Source: an uncultured Archaeoglobaceae archaeon (GTDB taxonomy: Archaea > Halobacteriota > Archaeoglobi > Archaeoglobales > Archaeoglobaceae). From it: DNA of 64,000 nucleotides. Made by a program: the position numbers and the translations under genes. The DNA is taken from contig CBEWZU010000001.1 in NCBI GenBank assembly GCA_965561205.1, positions 9,857 to 73,856 on the forward strand, written 5' to 3'. The notes beneath the pieces are model-generated. The model worked only from the letters and a program-made list of their open reading frames with translations. It was not told where the DNA came from and did no database searches. This document shows, one piece after another, positions 54,846 to 64,000 of the stretch (position 1 is its first letter; the number at the start of each line of letters is the position of its first letter).

Positions 54846-55660
54846 CAGCCATCACCCATTGCCCTTACATATATCGGGTTACTCTTAATCCCTAGCTCGA
54901 TTATTTCAGCACCGTCGTTCAAACTGTAATATCCTTCTGATGTGAACTCCTGTTTTCCAGCGGGATTCTTAGTTGTGTAGATAGTGACGTCTAAATATTC
55001 CTCGTCGGTAACCTTCACATACCACATTACATGCTTAGCTTTTCCAGTTTGAGTTATCAAATAGTTGCCTGATGACGCAGAGATAGAGGCAATTTCAAAC
55101 TCTCCGGGTATTGTATCCTTTATCGTGTAGTTCTTGGCGTCTCCATAAGACTTCACAAGTATTCTGAAAGTCCAAAACTCTTTAGTTTTTAAAGGAACCG
55201 TAGTATTCCCTTTGAGAAGTATTTTCTCTATTTCAGCTTTCGAGCATACAACATGAACACTGCAGGTTCTGAGAGTGGCTGATCCACCATCCCATACGGC
55301 GTAGACATTTATTGGTATTTCGTGGTCTCCTTGATCACCATTGTAAGTTGCCGTTATCATTTCAGAGTCTCCATCTGAAATATACGTCGGATTGGAAAAC
55401 GTGAGCATATCCTGTGGGGAGGATAAGTAGAATTCAGCGTCTTTTCCCAAATTGTTTGTTATCATCATAGAATAAAAACTATCACCTTTATTCAAATAAT
55501 GAACAGTATCTTGACACGTAAATGCAATGTAAGAGCTGTTATTATCAGCTATGTTGACTATAATGTTTCTTCCTCCATAAAACTCTTTAATATGTCCACT
55601 CGATCCCAGAAGTGTTATCAGACATAATGCAAAGATCAAAATGTGCTTGTATTTTACCAT
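54845..55660 (-). CDS. Secreted Ig-like protein (DUF1102/DUF11-like)
   Basis: Signal peptide, RNIIVNIADNNSSYIA, TIKDTIPGEF. Confidence 0.6.
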   Translation of the reverse strand: MVKYKHILIFALCLITLLGSSGHIKEFYGGRNIIVNIADNNSSYIAFTCQDTVHYLNKGDSFYSMMITNNLGKDAEFYLSSPQDMLTFSNPTYISDGDSEMITATYNGDQGDHEIPINVYAVWDGGSATLRTCSVHVVCSKAEIEKILLKGNTTVPLKTKEFWTFRILVKSYGDAKNYTIKDTIPGEFEIASISASSGNYLITQTGKAKHVMWYVKVTDEEYLDVTIYTTKNPAGKQEFTSEGYYSLNDGAEIIELGIKSNPIYVRAMGDG

Positions 55661-56697
55661 ATGAATCTCCTCTTAATTTTTATTCTTACAAAATCTTCCT
55701 CATCGGATCCCGTAAGTAAATATACCCCGGCTAAAATCGCCGCAATTTCCAAAGTTAAGGCTGTTAGGGGGAGATATTTGCTTACCTTCCACATACTTTT
55801 TATAACATCGGGTGGGAGTATTGAGGGATAAGCGTAAACGTCAATTAACTCGTAATAAACCCTCGTATCTGAGGGAACTTTTACATGAACATTAACGTAG
55901 CGTTCTTCTCTACCTTGAAGAGTAAAGCTTGAACTATCTAAGGTTATCCTATCACTTTTTGGAGAGAGAATAAATGTTGTTGGATAGAATCCCCTATTCT
56001 TTATCGTAATCTTCCTTACAAATTCCAAATTTGGAAGATACCAACCCTCCTGCTGATTTCCGGCTTTTGTCGATACGTAGTTAAAGCTTACAGTTCCCCA
56101 AGTCGCAACAACGGAAATTACGAACATGGTGATGAGCACCGCTGATACGACAGAGTAGATAGTTTTATACTTAACTAATATAACTTTCTTCTTCTTTTTA
56201 TTCGTTTTCCCACTACTATCTCTTGTCATAAGAATGCATCCCAAAGATATTACAGCTACCGCTACAAACACATTTGAAGCCTGTTTCGATATTTCTTGGA
56301 GGTAGATCCCTACCATCGGAATTTTCAGGGGTTTATCGAATATTGTTACGACAACTCCCGCGATATCTTCTTTCTTAATAGGTTTCCCGTTATCCTGCTG
56401 ATCCGTAGCTATGTTGTTATCACCTTTGGTTATGTATCCATCCTCTGTTTCAGCGTAAATTCTGTGAACTGTCCAACGATCTCTCAATTTGAAAACAACT
56501 ATATCCCCGACTTTACCCTTTGCCAGCGGGTTTATTATAAAAAGATCACCTTTTTCAAGCGTCGGAGACATGCTTTCGGAGGTTACGTAGGATAGTAGGA
56601 CGGGTCTATCGAGCAGGTAACCGGCTATCGAGGTTAGCATAAATATCAGCATTGCCAAGGTCAGAATGTTGCTCAGGATGTTGCCGATCATTTGCAT
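55654..56697 (-). CDS. Signal peptidase I (S26, SipW/Sec11-type) with C-terminal extension
   Basis: SESMSPTL, VHRI, ITKGDNN. Confidence 0.92.
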   Translation of the reverse strand: MQMIGNILSNILTLAMLIFMLTSIAGYLLDRPVLLSYVTSESMSPTLEKGDLFIINPLAKGKVGDIVVFKLRDRWTVHRIYAETEDGYITKGDNNIATDQQDNGKPIKKEDIAGVVVTIFDKPLKIPMVGIYLQEISKQASNVFVAVAVISLGCILMTRDSSGKTNKKKKKVILVKYKTIYSVVSAVLITMFVISVVATWGTVSFNYVSTKAGNQQEGWYLPNLEFVRKITIKNRGFYPTTFILSPKSDRITLDSSSFTLQGREERYVNVHVKVPSDTRVYYELIDVYAYPSILPPDVIKSMWKVSKYLPLTALTLEIAAILAGVYLLTGSDEEDFVRIKIKRRFIW

Positions 56698-57158
56698 TCA
56701 CCTTCGTAGACAAAAACACTGTAAGGAATCTCTTCGACTCCGAGTTCGCTCAAAGATGTATTTATTACAATTCCAACGGATCTGCTTTCGTTATCATGCA
56801 ATGTGATGTTTACGGTTCTGGAAACTGTGCCTCCTTTCAAATAAAAGCTTAATTTATCACTTTTCGAAACCAAGCTCACGCAAACTGTATCTAATCCAGT
56901 TTTGGAGGCATTATTCTTGACTGTTATAGCGTCGTCAAAAGAATACACTGTTTCCAAACTAACTCCATCTCCGTATCCCGGATAATTTGGATTGTTCGTG
57001 CTTATATCTATCTTTAGATCTGTTGCATAAGGCGGTTCCAAGCTTAGATCTATCGCAACATCTGATACAGCGGAAATAACGGGAGTTTTTATACTAACTA
57101 ATACGAATAACAATACAACAAAAAAAACCATGAAGATCTTAGAATTTCTCATTTTCAA
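56688..57158 (-). CDS. DUF1102-family secreted protein (paralog 3)
   Basis: Signal peptide; ISTNNPNYPGYGDGVS motif. Confidence 0.7.
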   Translation of the reverse strand: MKMRNSKIFMVFFVVLLFVLVSIKTPVISAVSDVAIDLSLEPPYATDLKIDISTNNPNYPGYGDGVSLETVYSFDDAITVKNNASKTGLDTVCVSLVSKSDKLSFYLKGGTVSRTVNITLHDNESRSVGIVINTSLSELGVEEIPYSVFVYEGECK

Positions 57159-57191
57159 CCCTTAAAAAAATATATTTAGGGATGCTTGCCG

Positions 57192-57725
57192 TTATGAGCA
57201 AGCACCCGCTTGGGCTGAAATACTCATTGTAGCTTGGTGCCCGCCTAAGCTTTCGCATGTGTTGTCGAACACGAATCCTATCGGAACGGGACTATCGTGA
57301 TAGACTGTGAATTGTATGGATGTATCCGGTCCCGCTGTAGGACTGTCGTAATCACCTGCAAATATTTTGAGTCCACCGCTGTTCTGAATAGCTATGTGGA
57401 CACATATTGGGAAGTCGGTTTCGTTATTCTCCCAAAGGTCGTTGCTTACGTTGAACATCTCCTCAAAGACGTATGTCGTGTTATGGCTCATTCCGTCTCC
57501 GTATCCCGGATAATTCGGATTGTTTGGACTGATCTCGATTGTAAGTTTACCGTTGTTCAGATACGCATAAGGCTGGATAGGATCGAGGTCTATGAGCTCG
57601 CTATCATCACTCGTTATGTTAACCGTCACAGTTCTGTCCGCTTCGTAGTATCTGAACGTTGCTCCAGCTCCCATTGCGAGAACGATTCCCGCAAGCAAGA
57701 GCAAAACTCCCAACAACTTTTTCAT
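57192..57725 (-). CDS. DUF1102-family secreted protein (paralog 2)
   Basis: GATF...ADRTVTVNITSDD; ISPNNPNYPGYGDGMS. Confidence 0.8.
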   Translation of the reverse strand: MKKLLGVLLLLAGIVLAMGAGATFRYYEADRTVTVNITSDDSELIDLDPIQPYAYLNNGKLTIEISPNNPNYPGYGDGMSHNTTYVFEEMFNVSNDLWENNETDFPICVHIAIQNSGGLKIFAGDYDSPTAGPDTSIQFTVYHDSPVPIGFVFDNTCESLGGHQATMSISAQAGACS

Positions 57726-57737
57726 ACTATATCACCT

Positions 57738-58322
57738 CTATTGACCGCAATTACTCAATTCCGATGGCTCAGTTCCGAGTCTGTAAGCTTTCACAGTCAT
57801 TTTTGCGTTCCAGACGTCTCCAGGACTGTCACCGTCAGCACTTAGATCGATTCCTATGCTCTTCTTTTCTCCCGGATGTAGTGTAAAGCAGACGTCATCT
57901 CTTGCACTATCCGATGCCGTTGCCAGTGCTCCACCATCAACCGCATACACTCCGCCCTGATGGCTGTAGAACTCTACATTGGTTTCACTTGACGTAATTC
58001 TTACAACTATGGTAACGTTTTCCCAAAGGTCGTTGCTTACATTAAAGACCTCGTTGAAATTGTATTCGCTTGCTGGGCTAATTCCGTCTCCGTATCCCGG
58101 ATAGTTCGGATTGTTCGGCGAGAAGTCTACAACGAGTTCCCCGTTGCTTGCTATGTATGCGTAGGGCTGGACTGGTTCGAGATCGATTAGTTCGGCGTCG
58201 TCGGTTGTTATGTTCCAGTGGACGCTCCTACTTGCATTGTAGTCACTGAACGTTGCTCCCACTCCGAGGATTATGGCTAAGGTAGCCAAAATCCCTACAA
58301 TTCCAAATTTCAAATTTCCCAT
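57738..58322 (-). CDS. DUF1102-family secreted protein (paralog 1)
   Basis: GATF...ASRSVHWNITTDD; FSPNNPNYPGYGDGIS. Confidence 0.8.
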   Translation of the reverse strand: MGNLKFGIVGILATLAIILGVGATFSDYNASRSVHWNITTDDAELIDLEPVQPYAYIASNGELVVDFSPNNPNYPGYGDGISPASEYNFNEVFNVSNDLWENVTIVVRITSSETNVEFYSHQGGVYAVDGGALATASDSARDDVCFTLHPGEKKSIGIDLSADGDSPGDVWNAKMTVKAYRLGTEPSELSNCGQ

Positions 58323-58394
58323 TTCTTTTCAACTCCTTACACCTTTTTCTGGATAAATTCTTGAAATTTAAGATATTAAGTTAATTTGTTATTA

Positions 58395-58700
58395 TCATCT
58401 TTTCATGAAACTACTGTTAAAACTCTCTAAAAACTTAAGCAAATCCTCAAAAAGCTTTGAATGGACGATCATAACGAGATCCCTTTCGAGTTCGATGAAA
58501 CCTTCTCTCCTAAGCTTTGGTATATGAGTCTGAATTAAACTGATGTAAACGCTCTTTCTGTGCTTTGACGTCGTATCTTTCTCTTGAATGCATATGTACT
58601 CGGCTATTTCACCTACGTAGGCTTTCCCACCGTTCCTCAGTAGAAATATAATCATTAATGTTCTTCTTTCATTTCCCAATATTTGAGATAAATTTGACAT
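58395..58700 (-). CDS. wHTH regulator (DUF7344-like)
   Basis: ILGNERR...VYISLIQTHIPKL. Confidence 0.75.
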   Translation of the reverse strand: MSNLSQILGNERRTLMIIFLLRNGGKAYVGEIAEYICIQEKDTTSKHRKSVYISLIQTHIPKLRREGFIELERDLVMIVHSKLFEDLLKFLESFNSSFMKR

Positions 58701-58815
58701 TAACTATATAGTTAGTCTCATACTATTTAGTTAATTCGTTTGTCTAAAAATACTATTGTTATTCTAATCATCATAATTGTTTTTAATCTTAATTTTTGAA
58801 ATTTCTTTGTCGAAA

Positions 58816-59403
58816 TCATATTTCGGAAAGTGTGCGCACCGCCAATTCCCCATTACTTTCGAGATCTATCGAGTAGTTATCCCAAAAGACACACGTTCCA
58901 AAAACGACGATCTTACCACCGCTAATTTCCTCTTCAGATGAGAAAACACCTTTATCACTTTTTATTATCGGATTTCCTCCAAGAACTCTTGAAGAACATG
59001 GCATTACAACGTTTTTGTTGTTCCATTTCGCAATCGGATAGTATATGTCTCCGATATTGTTTTTCTCGTCGGTTATCACATCCTTCGCCAATTTGATTTG
59101 AGAATTCAGCCTCTTCAAAACGACATTGATAACCTCTGAAACATTATCGAAGTTATTGTAGTATGATGTGAACACGACCTTTTTCCCTTTTTTGAGCCAA
59201 CTTTTTATTCTATTTATCTCCCTAATTTTAAATCTCACTTCAGGATAATTAAAAACGATAATATCGTATTCCTGCAATTTGTAAAAGGAGCTGACACAAT
59301 CCACCCTTATCCCATTCTCTAAACAGAGCTTCTTAAGTCTACTGAAATAGTAATAATCATCTATTAAAAACTCGCTGTGACTCGCACTCCACCCCACTTT
59401 CAT
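58816..59403 (-). CDS. Hypothetical protein, class I GATase-like fold possible
   Basis: ORF only; weak pattern. Confidence 0.5.
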   Translation of the reverse strand: MKVGWSASHSEFLIDDYYYFSRLKKLCLENGIRVDCVSSFYKLQEYDIIVFNYPEVRFKIREINRIKSWLKKGKKVVFTSYYNNFDNVSEVINVVLKRLNSQIKLAKDVITDEKNNIGDIYYPIAKWNNKNVVMPCSSRVLGGNPIIKSDKGVFSSEEEISGGKIVVFGTCVFWDNYSIDLESNGELAVRTLSEI

Positions 59404-59435
59404 GAAAGGGGTGAGAAGAGGAATATTAAAAAATT

Positions 59436-60509
59436 TTATGACAAGATCTTTCTCGCAATTAATAATTTCATAATCTCGGTGGCACCTTCGGCAATGTCGA
59501 GGATCTTGGCATCTCTGTATGCCATCTCGACTGGATTCCCGATTAAGAGTCCATGACCTCCGTAAATCTCGACAGCGACATCAGCGGCTCTTTTTGCGAC
59601 TTCCGCCGCTTTTAGCTTGCAAACCGCTCCGGAATAGTTGGCGTCCTCCAGATCTTTTACGCAACCGTATATTAACCTCCTCAGAGCTTCAATATCCGCT
59701 GCGATCTCAGCGAGCATAAACTGGACTGCCTGAAGATCCGCCAAAACACCTCCAAAGGCTTTTCTTGTCTTTGCCCTTTCGATAGCTAAATTCAGACATC
59801 TTTCGGCGATACCGAGACCCATTGCTGCAAACGGGATTCTGTTGGGTGCTAACGTTCCGAGGGCGACTCTTAATCCCTTGCCCTCACCCACGAGAACGTT
59901 ATCAGCCGGCACCTCAACATCCTTGAAGTTAATGGAAGCCAAGCCACTACCGCGCATTCCAGAAATTTCTATCTTTCGAGTTTCAATTCCATCGCACTTT
60001 TCCACAATAAACGCTGTTAAGCCTTTAGCACCTTCTCCAGTCCTTCCAATTACGACAAAGTAATCCGAATACATACCGTTTGTTATGAGCATTTTACTAC
60101 CGTTTAGGATGTATCCATCCTTGGTTTTTTCGGCTTTGAGGCTAATAGCTCCTGTAACATCGCTGCCCCCAGCTCCCTCTGTTATAGCAATTGTGGCAAA
60201 AGATTCGGTCAATTTAGGTAAAAATCTCTTCTTCTGTTCTTCATTTCCGAACATTCTTATGCTGTCGACAGCCATGTTATGAACAACTATGCTGTGGGCA
60301 ACTCCCGCAGAAATCTTTCCAAGCTCTTCGGCAACTAAACAAGCCTCGTAGTAATCTTTACCCAAGCCACCAAATTCTTCCGGGATTATTAGCCCAAGAA
60401 TCTTGGATTTTTTTATCTCATCCAACAGCTCACCCATATCGTTATTCTTATCGATTTTCCAAGCTTCTTTTGAAACCTTTTCTTTCAGACTTTCAAGAAT
60501 CTCCATCAT
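59436..60509 (-). CDS. Acyl-CoA dehydrogenase
   Basis: AITEGAGGSD, LNGSKMLITNG, GMRGS, IYGGHG, EGATEI; start moved to ATG60509. Confidence 0.95.
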   Translation of the reverse strand: MMEILESLKEKVSKEAWKIDKNNDMGELLDEIKKSKILGLIIPEEFGGLGKDYYEACLVAEELGKISAGVAHSIVVHNMAVDSIRMFGNEEQKKRFLPKLTESFATIAITEGAGGSDVTGAISLKAEKTKDGYILNGSKMLITNGMYSDYFVVIGRTGEGAKGLTAFIVEKCDGIETRKIEISGMRGSGLASINFKDVEVPADNVLVGEGKGLRVALGTLAPNRIPFAAMGLGIAERCLNLAIERAKTRKAFGGVLADLQAVQFMLAEIAADIEALRRLIYGCVKDLEDANYSGAVCKLKAAEVAKRAADVAVEIYGGHGLLIGNPVEMAYRDAKILDIAEGATEIMKLLIARKILS

Positions 60510-60618
60510 AGCACTAATTAACTTATCGAAATTATAAATATTGTTCTGCTGGGCTAAAAATGACAAAAAATGACAAAAATAGAAAAGATTATTAATGGTG
60601 ATATTTATATTATTTACC

Positions 60619-60945
60619 ATGAACGCAATCGTTTCCAAGAAGGATGAAGGCGAGGTTATCCTGAAGGATGGTGTTAAATACACTGTCAAAGCAAAAACTG
60701 ACAAGTTACTTGTTATCCTCGCCGAATTGGATGTTGGTGCCGAAACCGCTGTTCACAAGCATGCTGGTGAGGAATTTAGATTTGTTTTAGACGGAAAAAT
60801 AGAATGTGACATAGGTGGAACCGTCTACCGACTTGAAGCGGGCGAGTCCATATTGCATCCCTCTGATGTTCCCCATAAAATAAGAAATGTTGGAAACGAA
60901 AAGGCTGTCTATCTAACAGTGGGAACTCCTCCAACGTTTGTCTAA
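60619..60945 (+). CDS. Cupin domain protein
   Basis: HKHAGEE...HPSDVPH; start moved to ATG60619. Confidence 0.9.
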   Translation: MNAIVSKKDEGEVILKDGVKYTVKAKTDKLLVILAELDVGAETAVHKHAGEEFRFVLDGKIECDIGGTVYRLEAGESILHPSDVPHKIRNVGNEKAVYLTVGTPPTFV

Positions 60946-60992
60946 GCAAAAAAATTAAATAGGAGATATATATTTTATCTGCCAGAAACAGT

Positions 60993-61130
60993 ATGAGGGG
61001 CAGATCCAACTTGAAGGGCAAAAGGGTATACGATGGGCTTGATGATTTGAAACCTGTAAGTGATAAGGAATTGGAAGAGCTTCTGAATACCCCTCGAAAA
61101 AAGTATAGAAAACCAAAGATCAGGTATTAA
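60993..61130 (+). CDS. Possible small protein (45 aa), not in the ORF track
   Basis: ATG60993-TAA61130 fills the intergenic gap. Confidence 0.4.
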   Translation: MRGRSNLKGKRVYDGLDDLKPVSDKELEELLNTPRKKYRKPKIRY

Positions 61131-61167
61131 CAGCAACTTTTTTATTTTATTTTATTTCTTTCACTTC

Positions 61168-61881
61168 ATGTTCAGGATAATTCCTGCAGTTGACATCAAA
61201 AACGGTAGATGCATTCAGCTTCAACAGGGCGATGAGAGAAAAAAGATCGTTGAAATAGATGATGTAATTGGAATTGCAAGGAAATGGGTTGAAACTGGAG
61301 CAAAGATGCTTCATATAATCGATCTTGATGGGACTTTTAAAGGAAGATTAACTCACGAAGATATAATTTTAAAGATAGCTAAATTCGCGAAAGTTCAGGT
61401 GGGTGGAGGGATTAGATCCCCAGAAATCGCCGAAAATCTGCTAAAAAAAGGTGTTAACAAAATCATCATCGGAACTTTAGCTGTGAAAGATCCTGAAAGC
61501 GTTAGAGAACTCACGGAAAAAAATCCTAAAAGAATCATAATCGCAATAGATTCAAAGGGTGGAGAAGTTGTTGTGAAGGGCTGGAAGGAGGGGACTGGAA
61601 TGAATCCGATAAATCTCGCAAAGTTGTATGAGGACTGTGAGGTTGAATTCCTCTATACAAACGTCGACGTTGAAGGATTAATGAGAGGAATAGATTACGA
61701 TACTGTCAAAGCCGTTGTAAAGAGCGTGAAAAAACCCGTTATCGTAGCGGGAGGAATAACAACAATCGACGATGTTGTAAAAATAAAGGATGCCGGTGCC
61801 GCCGGTGTCGTCATCGGTAGTTCCCTTTACACCGGTAAGTTAAGACTTGAAGATCTATTAAAGCTGGAGGATGAATCATGA
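61168..61881 (+). CDS. hisA: ProFAR isomerase
   Basis: IIPAVDIKNG, LHIIDLDG, QVGGGIR, YTNVDVEG, VAGG. Confidence 0.96.
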   Translation: MFRIIPAVDIKNGRCIQLQQGDERKKIVEIDDVIGIARKWVETGAKMLHIIDLDGTFKGRLTHEDIILKIAKFAKVQVGGGIRSPEIAENLLKKGVNKIIIGTLAVKDPESVRELTEKNPKRIIIAIDSKGGEVVVKGWKEGTGMNPINLAKLYEDCEVEFLYTNVDVEGLMRGIDYDTVKAVVKSVKKPVIVAGGITTIDDVVKIKDAGAAGVVIGSSLYTGKLRLEDLLKLEDES

Positions 61882-62438
61882 AGGGAAAATGCATTAGAAA
61901 AACAAAAGAAGTTTTTGTAGAAGTTGAAGTAAATCTAAGAGAAAGAGAGATTGAAATAGATACGGGAATTGGATTTCTCGATCACATGCTTGAAACCTTT
62001 GCCATCCACAGCGGAATCGGGCTGAAAATCAAAGCGGAGGGAGATCTAAAAGTCGATGAGCATCACACAATTGAGGATGTTGCAATAGCCTTGGGAAGAG
62101 CCTTTAATGAAGCTGTTGAAAAGAAGGGCATAAACAGATTCGGTGATGCGATCGTTCCAATGGACGAAAGCGTTGCGATATGCGGCGTGGACCTGAGCGG
62201 CAGAGGTGTCTTCACGTTCGAAGGAGAGTTCGGTGACACAACCGTAAAGGGCGAGAATATCTTCCATTTCTTCGATTCTTTTTGCAGAAACTCCGGAATA
62301 AACGTTTACTTAAACGTTAAGGGATTTAATTCACATCACAAAATTGAAGCATCTTTTAAAGCCCTTGCAAAAGCTTTGAGAGAAGCTTTACAGAAAGTAG
62401 ACGACGATGTGAGGAGTGCGAAGGGTTTGCTCGAATAA
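61878..62438 (+). CDS. hisB: Imidazoleglycerol-phosphate dehydratase
   Basis: RKTKE, GFLDHML, DEHHTIED, PMDES, NSHHKIEA. Confidence 0.96.
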   Translation: MKGKCIRKTKEVFVEVEVNLREREIEIDTGIGFLDHMLETFAIHSGIGLKIKAEGDLKVDEHHTIEDVAIALGRAFNEAVEKKGINRFGDAIVPMDESVAICGVDLSGRGVFTFEGEFGDTTVKGENIFHFFDSFCRNSGINVYLNVKGFNSHHKIEASFKALAKALREALQKVDDDVRSAKGLLE

Positions 62439-62449
62439 AAGATAAGAAA

Positions 62450-62863
62450 TCACTCAATTTTTATAACCTTTCTTTCTTTGGCCGCTGTCTTTGGCAGTTC
62501 TATCTCAAGAACACCGTTATTGTATCTTGCTTTGATTTTTTCAATATCAACCTCGACTGGCAGTGTTACCCTTCTGTATACCTCTCCGAATCTCCTCTCC
62601 TGTCTTATGTAGTTTCTGCCTTTCTCCTCAACTTCCTCTTTTCTCTGAGCTCTTATAACAAGGTCTCCGTCTTCGATAAAGATCTCGATATCCTCCTTGT
62701 TAAAGCCCGGGAGATCCGCAACGACCCTGATTTTATCGTCCTCGTCGATGATATCGATCGGAACGGTTATCTCGGTTGTCGTTAATCTGTCGAACTCCTC
62801 AAGCAATCTAGCCATTCTTTCCTGCATTTTTCTTAACTCTTCGAACGGATCGAACAGTCTCAT
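62450..62863 (-). CDS. Small heat-shock protein Hsp20
   Basis: DLPGFNKEDI, ERRFG, ARYNNGVLEI. Confidence 0.95.
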   Translation of the reverse strand: MRLFDPFEELRKMQERMARLLEEFDRLTTTEITVPIDIIDEDDKIRVVADLPGFNKEDIEIFIEDGDLVIRAQRKEEVEEKGRNYIRQERRFGEVYRRVTLPVEVDIEKIKARYNNGVLEIELPKTAAKERKVIKIE

Positions 62864-63128
62864 TTACATCACCCCCCTAACTTCTTCTTCTTAACAAATT
62901 GTTAGTGAAAATGATATATAAAATTTTCGCATCCTTTCAATACCTAACCCTCTTAGATGACTGAAAAATATGAGAGAAATACCGAGTCTAAAAGACGAGA
63001 ACCTCGCTATAATCATAGCTGGAGTGACTGGTTTAAGATTCCCTACGAACTCATCAGATATTGAAATTAGCTAATAACGCTAAAACTATGCGAAATTCAA
63101 TAAAAGATACTTGAAGATGTAATGAAGA

Positions 63129-63320
63129 GTGAAATGTATGGGAAAAGTTATAGAAGTCGTATATGAGAACGGAGTTTTCAAACCTCTTGAAAAGGTAGAT
63201 TTAAAAGAGGGGGAAAGAGTAAAGGTGGAAATCAAAGAGAGTTTGGTAGATAAACTTAAAAAGTATAAGATAAAAGTGGACACCGATGTCCTGAAAGAAT
63301 TTGTAGAGGAGAGAAGATAA
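63129..63320 (+). CDS. AF2212/DUF104-family antitoxin
   Basis: [21 protein letters not shown]. Confidence 0.92.
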   Translation: MKCMGKVIEVVYENGVFKPLEKVDLKEGERVKVEIKESLVDKLKKYKIKVDTDVLKEFVEERR

Positions 63321-63727
63321 ATGTTTGTTGTGGACACATCAGTCTTCATAGATTCTATACTTGATACGATAAATCCAAAACGAAGATTGCAGAAAACTTG
63401 CTCGAAGTAATTCAAAACGCATCACTTGAAATATTAAATCCATTTTTATTTAAAGTGGAGTTAGCTGGTGTTCTTTCGAGGAAATTGCCAAAGAATCGAG
63501 TGAAGTCAATAGTTAAAGACATTTTAGAGGACGTAAGACTGATATCCAATCCAGACGATCTGGCGTTTGAAGTGGCAATAAAAACTGGTTCAAGAGCTGC
63601 TGACGCTTACTTCATAGCAACAGCAAAGCTGACGGATTCAATTTTAATTACGAATGACAAGATAATGGAGAGCAATGCCAAGAAAGCAGGTATTGAAGCC
63701 TATTACCTGATTGAAGAGTTTGATTGA
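63321..63727 (+). pseudogene. vapC: PIN-domain (VapC) toxin with a 1-nt deletion
   Basis: MFVVDTSVFIDSIL, frame break at 63363-63364, then YDKSKTKIAENLLE...RAADAYF...ITND. Confidence 0.85.
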
Positions 63728-63813
63728 GTTTTAAAAAGGATTGAAGAGATTAATAGATAGATGGTAGGATGTATGCTGTGGAGAAATGATATGAATATGT
63801 AGTGTAAAAAATT

Positions 63814-63999
63814 TTAGAACTCAATTGATTCTCCGATCCCTAAAATTCTACATCTTATACCTTCTTTTTCGAGGATTTCTTTGAGACCTTCGGCATTTGC
63901 CCTTTTTTCCAGTTTGTAGTGGATTGGTATTACAAGCTCCGGGTTCAATCTCTTCATCTCCATCAAATAATCATTGTAGTAGTCGGGGAAGCATGCAGT
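63814..63999 (-). CDS. Metallo-beta-lactamase-fold hydrolase, C-terminal end (partial)
   Basis: NPELVIPIHY...ILGIGESIEF*; runs off the window. Confidence 0.6.
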   Translation of the reverse strand, partial: TACFPDYYNDYLMEMKRLNPELVIPIHYKLEKRANAEGLKEILEKEGIRCRILGIGESIEF

Positions 64000-64000
64000 C

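Noticed and set aside
62970-63074. Short ORF with AIIIAGVTGLR resembling a tyrosine recombinase box
   Set aside because: Only 34 codons, other catalytic motifs absent; may be chance

Overview
The window has two halves. (1) 1-30103 is the right-hand ~30 kb of an integrated head-tail (contractile-tail, myovirus-like) provirus of a euryarchaeon. The host looks Archaeoglobales-like; this is inferred from DUF22, the AF2212-type antitoxin, cofE and the tRNA sequence. The provirus encodes a MuF minor head protein, HK97-type protease/scaffold, major capsid, neck, sheath, tube, chaperone, tape measure, baseplate and tail-fibre genes, and ends in a tyrosine integrase that runs into a host tRNA-Leu(GAG). 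The left attachment site is outside the window. The provirus carries a complete diversity-generating retroelement (DGR): a tail-fibre target with a C-terminal CLec variable repeat (27307-27420), avd, a template repeat (27879-27992), a structured spacer and a reverse transcriptase. It also carries its own tRNA-Gln(UUG) with a 106-nt BHB intron, a 15-copy promoter motif (AAAGTCT-N18-20-ATG), a putative UUU_CGA +1 frameshift in the tail chaperone, a MuF protein with a toxin-like C-terminus, and an inserted cassette with a second, truncated tape-measure gene and a LAGLIDADG endonuclease. (2) 30104-64000 is host chromosome: aIF-2alpha, nop10, PAC2, cofE, alaS, pdaD, RaSEA, rhomboid, UDG, hisA, hisB, Hsp20, a signal-peptidase/DUF1102 surface-filament cluster and two pseudogenes (HIT, VapC). 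All calls come from reading motifs by eye; no database search was run.
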